Shown here in pieces: positions 33,976 through 42,700 of a DNA stretch of 64,000 nucleotides. Positions within the stretch are counted from its first letter, which is position 1. Every line of letters begins with the position of its first letter. The notes under the pieces were generated by a model. It did no database searches. It was given only the letters and a program-made list of their open reading frames with translations, and had not been told where the DNA came from. The position numbers and the translations under genes were made by a program. Origin of the DNA: a virus (taxonomy: Duplodnaviria; Caudoviricetes); the IMG/VR virus record IMGVR_UViG_3300037466_003648, positions 96,001 through 160,000 of that record. The stretch is one strand, 5' to 3'.

Positions 33976-34578
33976 ATGGTCAGCAAGCGCGTCCTCAAGT
34001 ACTTCAAGCGGCCTCTCCACGAGCCGTGCAAGGCATGCGCCGAGCGTGCCGTACAAGAGGCGACGGCGCTCGTCACCGTCGAGCTGCCTGCCTACGCGCG
34101 CAAGGGGCCACAGTCGGAGATCGACCAGTTCGGTCTGGGTGCCGAGGTCGTGCGCCTGTACACGGCAGGCATGACCCAACAGGAGATCGGCAACGAGCTG
34201 AACCTCACCAAGGACCAGGTTCAGCACTGGTTGGAAGGCTACCGCAAGATGTCGATCGACGACCGCAAGACGGTCCACAAGCGATCCATCTTCGACCTGG
34301 GTGATCGGCTGCAGGAAGCCTTCGAGATGATCTATCAGGAGCTAATCGATTCGAAGGAGAACAAGGATCTCAACAACAAGAACCTGCAGCTCCTGCTCAA
34401 GTGCATCCAGGTCGGTGGTGTCTTCATGGAGAAGCTCCACGCCCAGCAGGAGGATCGCCGCTACAAGGCCGCGATGCTCCAGGTGATGGAGGACATGGCG
34501 CCTGGTACCAAAGCCAAGGTGCTGCGCGCCCTCTCCGAGATGGACCTGAACAGCAACATCGTGCGGAGGCTGACGTAA
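33976..34578 (+). CDS. HTH plus helical protein, candidate terminase small subunit
   Basis: LYTAGMTQQEIGNELNLTKDQVQHWL HTH followed by helices. The TerS role is inference. Confidence 0.4.
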   Translation: MVSKRVLKYFKRPLHEPCKACAERAVQEATALVTVELPAYARKGPQSEIDQFGLGAEVVRLYTAGMTQQEIGNELNLTKDQVQHWLEGYRKMSIDDRKTVHKRSIFDLGDRLQEAFEMIYQELIDSKENKDLNNKNLQLLLKCIQVGGVFMEKLHAQQEDRRYKAAMLQVMEDMAPGTKAKVLRALSEMDLNSNIVRRLT

Positions 34579-34769
34579 TGTCGCTTCCGCGTGATCCCGA
34601 ACCGCGAGACATCGACGCCGAGCAGCAGATTCTGTTGGGTCGTTTCGACGTGGCGACCGAGAACTTGCGCGAGGCTCAAGCAGACCACGATCACACGAAG
34701 GCCGTTCGAGCGTTGAGCGACATGCACAACGCAATTCGGGGTGCAGGTCGTCTCCTGCAGGAGCTGTAG
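34578..34769 (+). CDS. small hypothetical protein
   Basis: TAATG coupling; start reassigned to 34578. Confidence 0.55.
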   Translation: MSLPRDPEPRDIDAEQQILLGRFDVATENLREAQADHDHTKAVRALSDMHNAIRGAGRLLQEL

Positions 34770-35294
34770 ATGGCCACCTCCGATTCTACCGACCCGTCGA
34801 TCTCAGCCAGCTTCATGGCCGGGTGGGTCTACGCGGGTGTCCCCTACACCAAGGACGCGAACCGGACGGCCAACCCGGTGGGCACACCAAACTGGTTCTC
34901 CCGCGGTTCCCTGCACCGTGCCAAGTGGATTCGGCAGGGTCCCTTCGTCGACGTCAATGGGATGTACGAAGTCCCGGAGGACCACGCGTTGGTCTACTGG
35001 GAGATCAAGCAGGGCACCCCGGAGTGGCAGCCCCCGGTCGAGGAACGCATCCCCGCCATCCTGGCGATTCTTCCGATCGACCTGGAGTTTGTCGCAGGCA
35101 ACTGGCCGGGGGCAACCAGCCCACCGCTGTTGTTCCAGTCGGTCGATCCCGACCTTGCACTCATCGCCCCACAGGACGATGTCGCGGTGTGGTTCGCCCT
35201 GAGCGGACCGGCCCACATCGTTGGGCGGTTCCGCGTACCTGACGAGGTGGATCTGGGCTTCGGCCGCAGCAACCTGGGTGGGTGGGGACTCTAG
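34770..35294 (+). CDS. hypothetical protein
   Basis: 174 aa, contiguous with neighbours. Confidence 0.55.
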   Translation: MATSDSTDPSISASFMAGWVYAGVPYTKDANRTANPVGTPNWFSRGSLHRAKWIRQGPFVDVNGMYEVPEDHALVYWEIKQGTPEWQPPVEERIPAILAILPIDLEFVAGNWPGATSPPLLFQSVDPDLALIAPQDDVAVWFALSGPAHIVGRFRVPDEVDLGFGRSNLGGWGL

Positions 35295-35295
35295 C

Positions 35296-35964
35296 ATGAG
35301 TGCCACCAAGGACATCGACCAACTGATCGCCGACATCCGTCTCGCGACTGACTTGGTGGCCGAGAAGTCCTTGGTACGTCGCCTGCGTGGCGGTGCTGGA
35401 ACCCTGGACATCTTGAAAAGCGCGTTGGCACGCCTGGCCGAGATCCGTCAAACGTTCTCGATCCCCAACGACGTAGAGATTCTGGACTGGCTGAAGACAC
35501 AGCTTGCCGATCCACCGGCTATCACTGGTAAGGTGATCACTCCCGAAGTTGCGGAGCGCAGTGCTCAACGGTGGCTGCCTTCACCGGATGGTCCCGAACC
35601 TCCTGTTGTGGTCGAACCAGCCTCATTGGAACGGTTGCGACGTCGTCGTCCCAAACAGTGCGCTCGCTGCCCCAACAGCTTTATCCCGACGGGCTACCAA
35701 CAACCCTTCTGCCCTTCGTGTGTCGCTGCAATTGACATCGAGAACGCAGAGATCCGTCGCCAACAGATCGCGGCCGATCCAGAAGACGACAAACGGTCCG
35801 AGTCCGACACCTGGCCCAGCAGCAAGGTGAAGGGATTCCCTTGTGGCAGCTGCGTCAACGGTAAGAAGAACGACCTGTCCGAGAGCGGCTTCGAGTGCAC
35901 CACGAGCTGCGCCCGTGCGTGCGCCCCATGGGGTCCTGCGTGGAAGTACGAAGCGAAGGCTTGA
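35296..35964 (+). CDS. Cys-rich hypothetical protein
   Basis: CARC...CPSC and CGSC...C...C...C; start reassigned to 35296. Confidence 0.55.
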   Translation: MSATKDIDQLIADIRLATDLVAEKSLVRRLRGGAGTLDILKSALARLAEIRQTFSIPNDVEILDWLKTQLADPPAITGKVITPEVAERSAQRWLPSPDGPEPPVVVEPASLERLRRRRPKQCARCPNSFIPTGYQQPFCPSCVAAIDIENAEIRRQQIAADPEDDKRSESDTWPSSKVKGFPCGSCVNGKKNDLSESGFECTTSCARACAPWGPAWKYEAKA

Positions 35965-35989
35965 CAGGATTGCTTCTTGGTGCGATGAT
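35961..35989 (+). promoter_or_regulatory. promoter A (small RNA)
   Basis: TTGACA-17 nt-GATGAT with extended TG; the -10 box lies in the loop of TGGTGC/GCACCA. Confidence 0.65.
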
Positions 35990-35995
35990 AGCACC

Positions 35996-36078
35996 AGCCT
36001 GAGCTTCGGTTCCGTGTCCCAAACATTCCCGAAGCCTTCGCACGAAGCCCCTGCCCGCACAGGGGCTTCGTGCTGTTG
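35996..36078 (+). ncRNA. candidate ~80-nt small RNA
   Basis: No ORF; hairpin GCTTCGG/CCGAAGC with a 19-nt loop, then a 14-bp hairpin at 36040-36073. Ends are inferred. Confidence 0.5.
36040..36078 (+). terminator. 14-bp hairpin, possible terminator with a weak U-tract
   Basis: GCACGAAGCCCCTG/CAGGGGCTTCGTGC followed by TGTT. Confidence 0.5.
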
Positions 36079-36104
36079 ACACATGGATCGATCCATGGTA
36101 ACTT
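36076..36104 (+). promoter_or_regulatory. promoter B with a perfectly palindromic spacer
   Basis: TTGACA-17 nt-TAACTT with extended TG; the spacer contains the 16-bp palindrome CATGGATCGATCCATG. Confidence 0.7.
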
Positions 36105-36110
36105 ACATAC

Positions 36111-36397
36111 ATCAGGCTCTGTCGGAGTGCGGGACACGGAAGACAACCTGCTGGGAGCGAAGGGGCCGCTAGACGCCTGACGCCCTCGAAGGAAGAACCC
36201 GCGGAGTTCTTCACCGTTGTCCCTACCCTCCAATCGTACCCACGGGTCGAGCGGAGTTCCCGAAGGCTGGCCTTGACGGCCTGTACGACTGGAACGTGGG
36301 GGTAGGGGGACACGGTTACTTCGAGGGAGACTCAGCTAACCACTTCCGCCTGACGGGCGGGCGCGCGAGACGAGCCACACGGCTCGTCTTTTTGTTT
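36111..36397 (+). ncRNA. candidate ~285-nt highly structured RNA or attenuator leader
   Basis: No credible ORF; nested helices CCCTCGAAG/CTTCGAGGG, GAAGAAC/GTTCTTC, ACCGTTGTCCCTACCC/GGGTAGGGGGACACGGT, TCGTAC/GTACGA. Confidence 0.6.
36367..36397 (+). terminator. intrinsic terminator
   Basis: AGACGAGCC-ACAC-GGCTCGTCT followed by TTTTGTTT. Confidence 0.85.
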
Positions 36398-36425
36398 GGG
36401 ACCGCGGGTCCTGGGAGGAGATCCG

Positions 36426-36707
36426 TTGCTAAAACTGTACGCCCTGCTAATGATCGTGGGAGCGATCATCGCCTTGACCGGCTTGCTCTGGGCGATCCCG
36501 GAGTACGGTCAGCTGTACCGCACCTGGTTCGTGCTTTCCTCCACCAAGTCGACCGATGCGGTTTGGTTGACACGGCTCTCCGCCCAAGTGCAGATCCACC
36601 GCCTCAACTGCTTTGCCGAGGCGCTGGGTTCCTTGGCCGGACTCTTCATGATCGTGGGCGCCTTGTTAGGCATCTCGATCGAGCGGTTGCGTTCGGCGCC
36701 GCGTTAG
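36426..36707 (+). CDS. small membrane protein with two TM segments
   Basis: GGAGGAG RBS, TTG start at 36426; two hydrophobic stretches. Confidence 0.65.
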   Translation: MLKLYALLMIVGAIIALTGLLWAIPEYGQLYRTWFVLSSTKSTDAVWLTRLSAQVQIHRLNCFAEALGSLAGLFMIVGALLGISIERLRSAPR

Positions 36708-39700
36708 AACCATCCGGTGTGAACCAGGGCATCGTAGACGACGTTGGAAGCACGGTCCAGCACACCGGAACGTGTCGGGGTCGGCGGTGCCACGTCCGCG
36801 CGGGCAGCGTGTGGGCTTGGGGTGTGTCCCTTGATCTGGGCACGACCGCCCTTGACCGTCACCGTTGGGCGCGGCTTTGGCTGCGCCTTGTTGGCGGAGT
36901 CGTTGCTGCCCTGTCGTCCCTGGGGCGTGTTGGTCTGGAGGGTGACGACCATCTTCTTCTTGGCGTTCTTGGGCGCCAGGGACGGCGGCTTGGGCAGCGG
37001 AGACATCTGCTCCAGAATGTCTGGTGCCAGCACCAAAGGCGGGTGGGTGTTCTCACCCTCCCGATCCTTGCGCACGCGCTCGCGCATCTGCAAGTTCTGG
37101 ACGACCAGGTCCGGCGACGGGTGGTTACGACGCCAGAACTCGACCATGTCTCGGTCCGCCTGACGCATGGGGCTCTGGGGCACCAACAGGTCCGTCTGGA
37201 ACGTGCGTTCGTAGTGCCAGGAACCCGCCGCGCCCATCAGCACTTCGAGACCCTTCTTCTTGTTTGCCCATGCGGCCTTCGCGTAGTCGCTCAGGTGCGT
37301 TGTCACCTGGTTGTACTTGTCCTCGTCGCGTGCGTAAGGGCTCAAGCCGCCCGACGCCTGTGGGAACGCCTCGAAGACGGCACGCGCCAAGCCCGTCTGC
37401 CAGTTGCCGGGCATACGCTGGAACTTGTAGGTGTCCATCACACGGTAGTAAGGCACGCCTTGAATGACCGCCGGGCGGACCAGCGCACGACCGATGGCGA
37501 GCTTCTCCGCCTCGACGTCGATGCCGCGCTGGGACGTGCTGACGTAGTCGGCGTACTCGATCGAGTGCGTCTTGCGCTTCGCAGACTCTTCCAGTGCGAA
37601 GCGGTAGCGGTTCAGCTCGTGGCTGGTGAAGCTGCTCTCCGTCATGGCGCCCATGTACGAGTTGTCGTGGCGGCCGAGACCGGCCCAGAACTGGCCTTGG
37701 TAGCGCACGAAGGACGGCACCGATGCACGACCAATCCAGCGCAGCACCTCACCAGGTGCGCTGGCAACGGTACCCACCGTGTTGGTCAGCAACCCCTTGG
37801 TGGCCGTGTTGATCTTGTTGATGCCCCACACGGTCGCACCACCCGCAACAACCGCGGCACCCAACCCAGCCGCCACAGGTGCCCACGCGGGAGCGGTGAT
37901 CACACCGGCCGCGATCAGCCCGGCGGTGCCCGCAGCCGCGGCACCAAAGGCGAGACTGCCCGTGTACATACCGGTAGCACCCGACACCACGTTCAGACCC
38001 GCCTCGCGGCGCTGGGTCTGCGAGGTACCAAAGACGGTTTGCAGGGCGTCCCAACCCACCGCAAGCCCCATCGAGACACGACCGAATGCCTTCGAGGCCG
38101 CCCAGGTCGCTACACGACCCAAGACCCGCATGCCCCGCGAGAGCTTCTGACCCATCCAGTGTGCCGCGTGTCCGGTTGCCGTCGCCAACTGACCCAGTGC
38201 ATGCAGCGCGGTCGACGTCGTCACCATGCCCAGGTTCCAGGTCGCACGGCTCCGCTCTTCGGGGGACGACGTCGAATCGGACAGGGTGTTGATGTCCAAG
38301 GCCGCGAAGGCCGCGCTCAAAGCGAGCGTGCCACGCAATCCCGCAAACGTGTTCGGTGCGCGACCGGGACCGGGTACTGGACCCAGCGGGATGACAGCAG
38401 GCGCCACTGCCGTGTTGGGACGACCCCGGACGGCAGCTGTTGCCCCAGAGCCCAACAAGAGCTGGGGAGTCGAACCCAGAGGAATGACACCGGGCGTGAC
38501 CGCCGTGTTGAGACGACCCCGCGGGGCTGCTACCGTACCAGGACCCAACAAGAGTGGATCGGCGTTCACCGGACCCAAGGCGATCAGGTCGGGCGTGTGC
38601 GCCCCGTTAAGGCGTCCACGGATCTGGGAGGTGGCGGGAGTACCCATGCCCAACACCAAGGGGTTTGCCGGGGCTCCCAGTGCGATCACTTCGGGCGTCA
38701 CGGCACCGTTGAGACGACCCCGCGTGATGGGTTCGGCCGTTACGCCCGGACCCAACAACAAAGGCGCCGTTCGCGTCTGCAGAGAACGCAGCCCCATGCC
38801 ACGGCTGTAGGTGCGTGCCGCGCTGGCAGACTCTTCCAATGGAGCTGCTGCCACGCTCAAGCCGCCGCCCATGGTCAACCCACGGCCCCGCAGCAGCTCG
38901 TAGCCGATCGGCTGACGGGTGGCGGGAGCGGGTTGGTCGGGATGCAGCATGCTCAACCCCGGTCCGTAGGTGGCTCCGTTCCGAGCCAACAGACTGACCG
39001 TCCGGGTCGACAGGCTACCGGGAACACGGCTCTCGGCCATCGCCATTGCATCTTCAATCAGGTGCATCGTGGGCGTTGGACGTACCGCGAAACGTCCTGT
39101 GCTTGGGTCGCGGTAGCGACCTGGCTGCATGATGGGATCGGGACGGAAGCGTGGACGACGCGGCACCACCCCGTAGGTCATTTCGACCAGGTCGGGGTGC
39201 GTAGGGTAGCTCTCACCTTCAACCGGCATGAAGCCGAAGCGCTCACGGCCGGTGGTCCACCGATAGCCATGATCATTCACCAGACGATCGAGAATGGGCA
39301 GCATGCCGCCTCGCTGACCCGCAGGGGCGGGACGGAACCGGCCATCAGGACCACGGTGCGGCAGTACTCGACCGGGCAATTCGATGACATCGGGCGTCGC
39401 CACCGCGTTGGCGCGACCCACCCCGCCCGTTTCCATTTGCTGGCGGAGTACCGTCAACTGCTTGCGAACGGGATCGGTGTGCGGCGCATGCGTACCGTTG
39501 AACAACGCGCCCAACACGTCGTTCTTGGAATGTCCCCACGGGAGACTCCAGACACCCTTGTGTTGGAAGGCCACAATGTGGTCGGTGTTCATCACACCAC
39601 GACCCAACAGACGGGGGTGCAGGTCCCGACGCGGGGCAGCGTTGACCCGATTGTACTCGGGCGTGAACGAGGGATGATCCCCGCGATCGGGCGAACGGAA

Positions 39701-42700
39701 GCGGCCCTGCGAGAAACCAATACCTCCTTCGCGCATGCCGTCCATGACGATGCGCAGGTTGCTGTCACCCAACACCTGCGACACGGAGGTTGCACGCGGC
39801 ATGGCCAAACCATGGGCGCCCGTACGCTCCAAGGGTGCGTCGAAGCGCAGACGCGCATCTCCGTGGAATGGGGTTGCGTGTGCGGGCGCCGCGGGACGCA
39901 GCCCGGCCGCGCGTGCCTGCATATCTTCGCGCAGCGCCACCAATTCTGTGCGAACGGGGTCGACGCCGATCATTCCCTGTTGGGTAGAGACGTGGGCAGC
40001 CACCGTTTGTGGAGCCGCCTCGGGCTTGCGCCAGCCCATCACGGTTGCCAACTGGCGTCCGACCATCGACAAGCCCTTACGGGCCAGCTGCGCAGCGGCG
40101 ATCGTGCCAAAGATCAACGTCGTCCCTGCCGCGAGCGTCGCCAGGTACTGCAACGTGGTCTGGTCCGCATTGCCTTGCGTGGGGTTCTTGCTCATGTCCC
40201 GCACGCCGTACGCGATCGGACGACCTGCACTGTCGTGGGTCGTGCCCGTGAAGAAGCCCCGCTCGCCCAGCATCTGGCGGTACTTTGTCTGCACCTGCTC
40301 GGCGCGCTGACGATCGTACCCCATGCGCTCCTGCAGCAGGTCCGCAATGCGGTCACCCCCAAACTTGCTGTCGACGCTGCCCGCGATGGCTTCCTGCAAC
40401 GCCTTGAACTGGGGGCTGGGGGCCGCCGTGCCGAACGGATGGAAGATCGCGTCGATCTTGCGACCGGGAATGAAGCTGTTCATTTCCGCTGCCGTCTGGA
40501 CCGTCTTGTTGCTGTTGTCCGCGAACTTACCATCACCAATGTAGGTGAACCAGTGCCGTCCGCTGGAGGGGTTCATCGACATCGGATCGGAGCCGGGCAC
40601 GAAGGTCGCGTACAGCACGTCGCCGACGTGCACGCCACCCGTTGCCACCAGGGTGCTGAGCTGAGAGATCGGCACGCCGCGGTGCGCCAGGTCAGCGGGA
40701 ACATCCGTGCGGATGTCCTTGCCGCCCATGCGCATGATCAGGTGACGCGAGTACTGGAAGCATTCGTGCGCGGTCGCAACGAACGGGCCGTTGAGGTGTG
40801 CAATCATCTGCTCGCGAGAAGGTGCCGCACTGGGCGGCTGAATGCCCGCGGCTTCTAGGATCGCATCCGCCTTCTGCTGCGGCGTGGCGATGCGACCCAG
40901 GCTCGCGTTCAGCTTCTTGCTCCAGTAGCCGGGATCGTCTTGTGGGAGCCAACGGCTCTCGTTGTAGAGGTTGGCACGCACGCGACCGGCCATGGTCTGT
41001 GCGATCGCAGGAGACAGCCCCGCACGCTCGACCATGAACTTGTCCAAGCTTCCCTTGTAGCCACCCTTCATGTACTCCGGCAGCACGCGCTCCAAGGTGG
41101 ACTGCTGCTCCTTGGTTAGCAGTGGCTTGTCCTGCGCGACCGAACTCGGTGCCAGGGTGCGAATCTCGCGGATCGTCTGCTCGATGTGGCTGCCGTACGT
41201 GCGGTCGGTCGCGTAGATGCCCGTGATGTTGTAGCCGAAGGCAACGGCATTGTGGTCCTTCTTGTACTGGGCCAACGCCTGTGCGTAGACGGGGTTCTGT
41301 ACGAACAGCTTGCCGTGCGCCACCATCGCCTCTTCCAGCGAACCGTAGTTGGCGAAGTCCGCGTACGTGGTCACGCGCCGACCGCCGACGTCTTCCCAGG
41401 TCTTGAGGTGCAAGCTGCCCCGCGAGCCACGACCCTTGATGCCGAACAGGTTAAAGTCGCCGATCTTGGAAGCGCCCCAACCAGATTCCCACGCCGCCTG
41501 AGCCAGTGTCACTTCGGCCGGTACACCGTACAGCTTCTCAGTCATCTCGGCACCGGCGCGCAGGCTCGCGACGAAGCCCGCCGCTCCCTGACCCAGGTGC
41601 GTACGAGGCGCGTTCGCCAACAACACCGCGTTGCGCATGTCGGTGCCGCTCGCGGGCTTGATGACCTCGCCCGTGAAAGGCTTCTGTGGGCGACCGCGAC
41701 CAGTGGTCCCAATCGTCGCGTCACCACCCACGAACCCACCGTAGGCATGACCCGTGCGATGCCAAACACCACCCAGGATGCCGGTTTCGTAGATCAAGCC
41801 GCGGCGCAGCAGCTCGCCTTGGATGATGCTGTCGGGACCGGACGCCGACCGGTAGCGGAAGGCACGCGCTGCCTGGGCGTTACCCAACCCACCCGTGCCG
41901 CGACCCCGTTGCATGTAGAGCGACTTGAGGCTGTAGTCGTGGGCGGGCATGTCGTTGCCACCCTCCATCAGCCCCAGCGCGTCGCGACCGACCATGTCCA
42001 GCACGGTCTCGTGACCCATCGCACCCGACAGGCGCAGACGCTCCTGTTGGGCGAAGGCCAACGCCCCCGCGTCCATCATCCAGCCAGTGCCGCCACCCTC
42101 CGGCGTGGCCGAGTTACGGCCCCAGAAGATCGGGCTTGCCTGCGCCCACAAGGGCGACAGCGAGAAGCTCCACCCTTCCTGGTTCGCCTTCGCCGCCTCG
42201 AAGAGATTGCCCGGCGCGAGCATAGGACCGATAAAGTTGGCGGTGCCGATCAGGAAGCTCGCAAAGCCGGTCGGCTGCGTCTGTCCCTTGGGCGTCAGCG
42301 TACGTGCCAGTCCGTAGAGTGAACCGGTGACATTCGCCTGCAGCCCAATCGCGGCACGGCTGATGGCATTGCCTACCATCGACGAGCCGGGGATCGAGGC
42401 TGCCGCGCGACCGCTGGCACTCACCACGGACGTCATGGTCGTGCCCAGCGAGGTCGAAGCCCGCTCCGCCCAATTGCGCTCTTCGGGGCGCTTGCTCAGC
42501 GCGCTCTCCGAGAGGTGGTGCTGCGCCATCATGCCGCCGAAGCCCAACGCGGCGAGGCCACCACCCACCAACAACGCAGGCAATCCCACCAAACCGAAGT
42601 AGCCAACAGCCGCGGCGCCCGCCACGGCGCTGCCACCCAAGAACAGTTCGGCCGTCAGCGAGGCACCACCCGCCTCCGCGAACTTCTCCTTCTGCTCCGT

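Noticed and set aside
35961-36397. Assignment of the structured RNA to tmRNA, RNase P, a group I intron, a cobalamin riboswitch or a tRNA
   Set aside because: No tRNA-like ends or CCA, no RNase P GAGGAAAGUCC core, the GCGGG/CCUGC and GAGACU fragments are not in group I P4-P7 order, and the B12-box consensus is not matched. An Rfam search is still needed.
38360-38775. Possible CRISPR-like array suggested by repeated GTTGAGACGACCCCGCG
   Set aside because: The repeats are degenerate, in frame and encode a peptide repeat inside the giant ORF; no cas operon is present.
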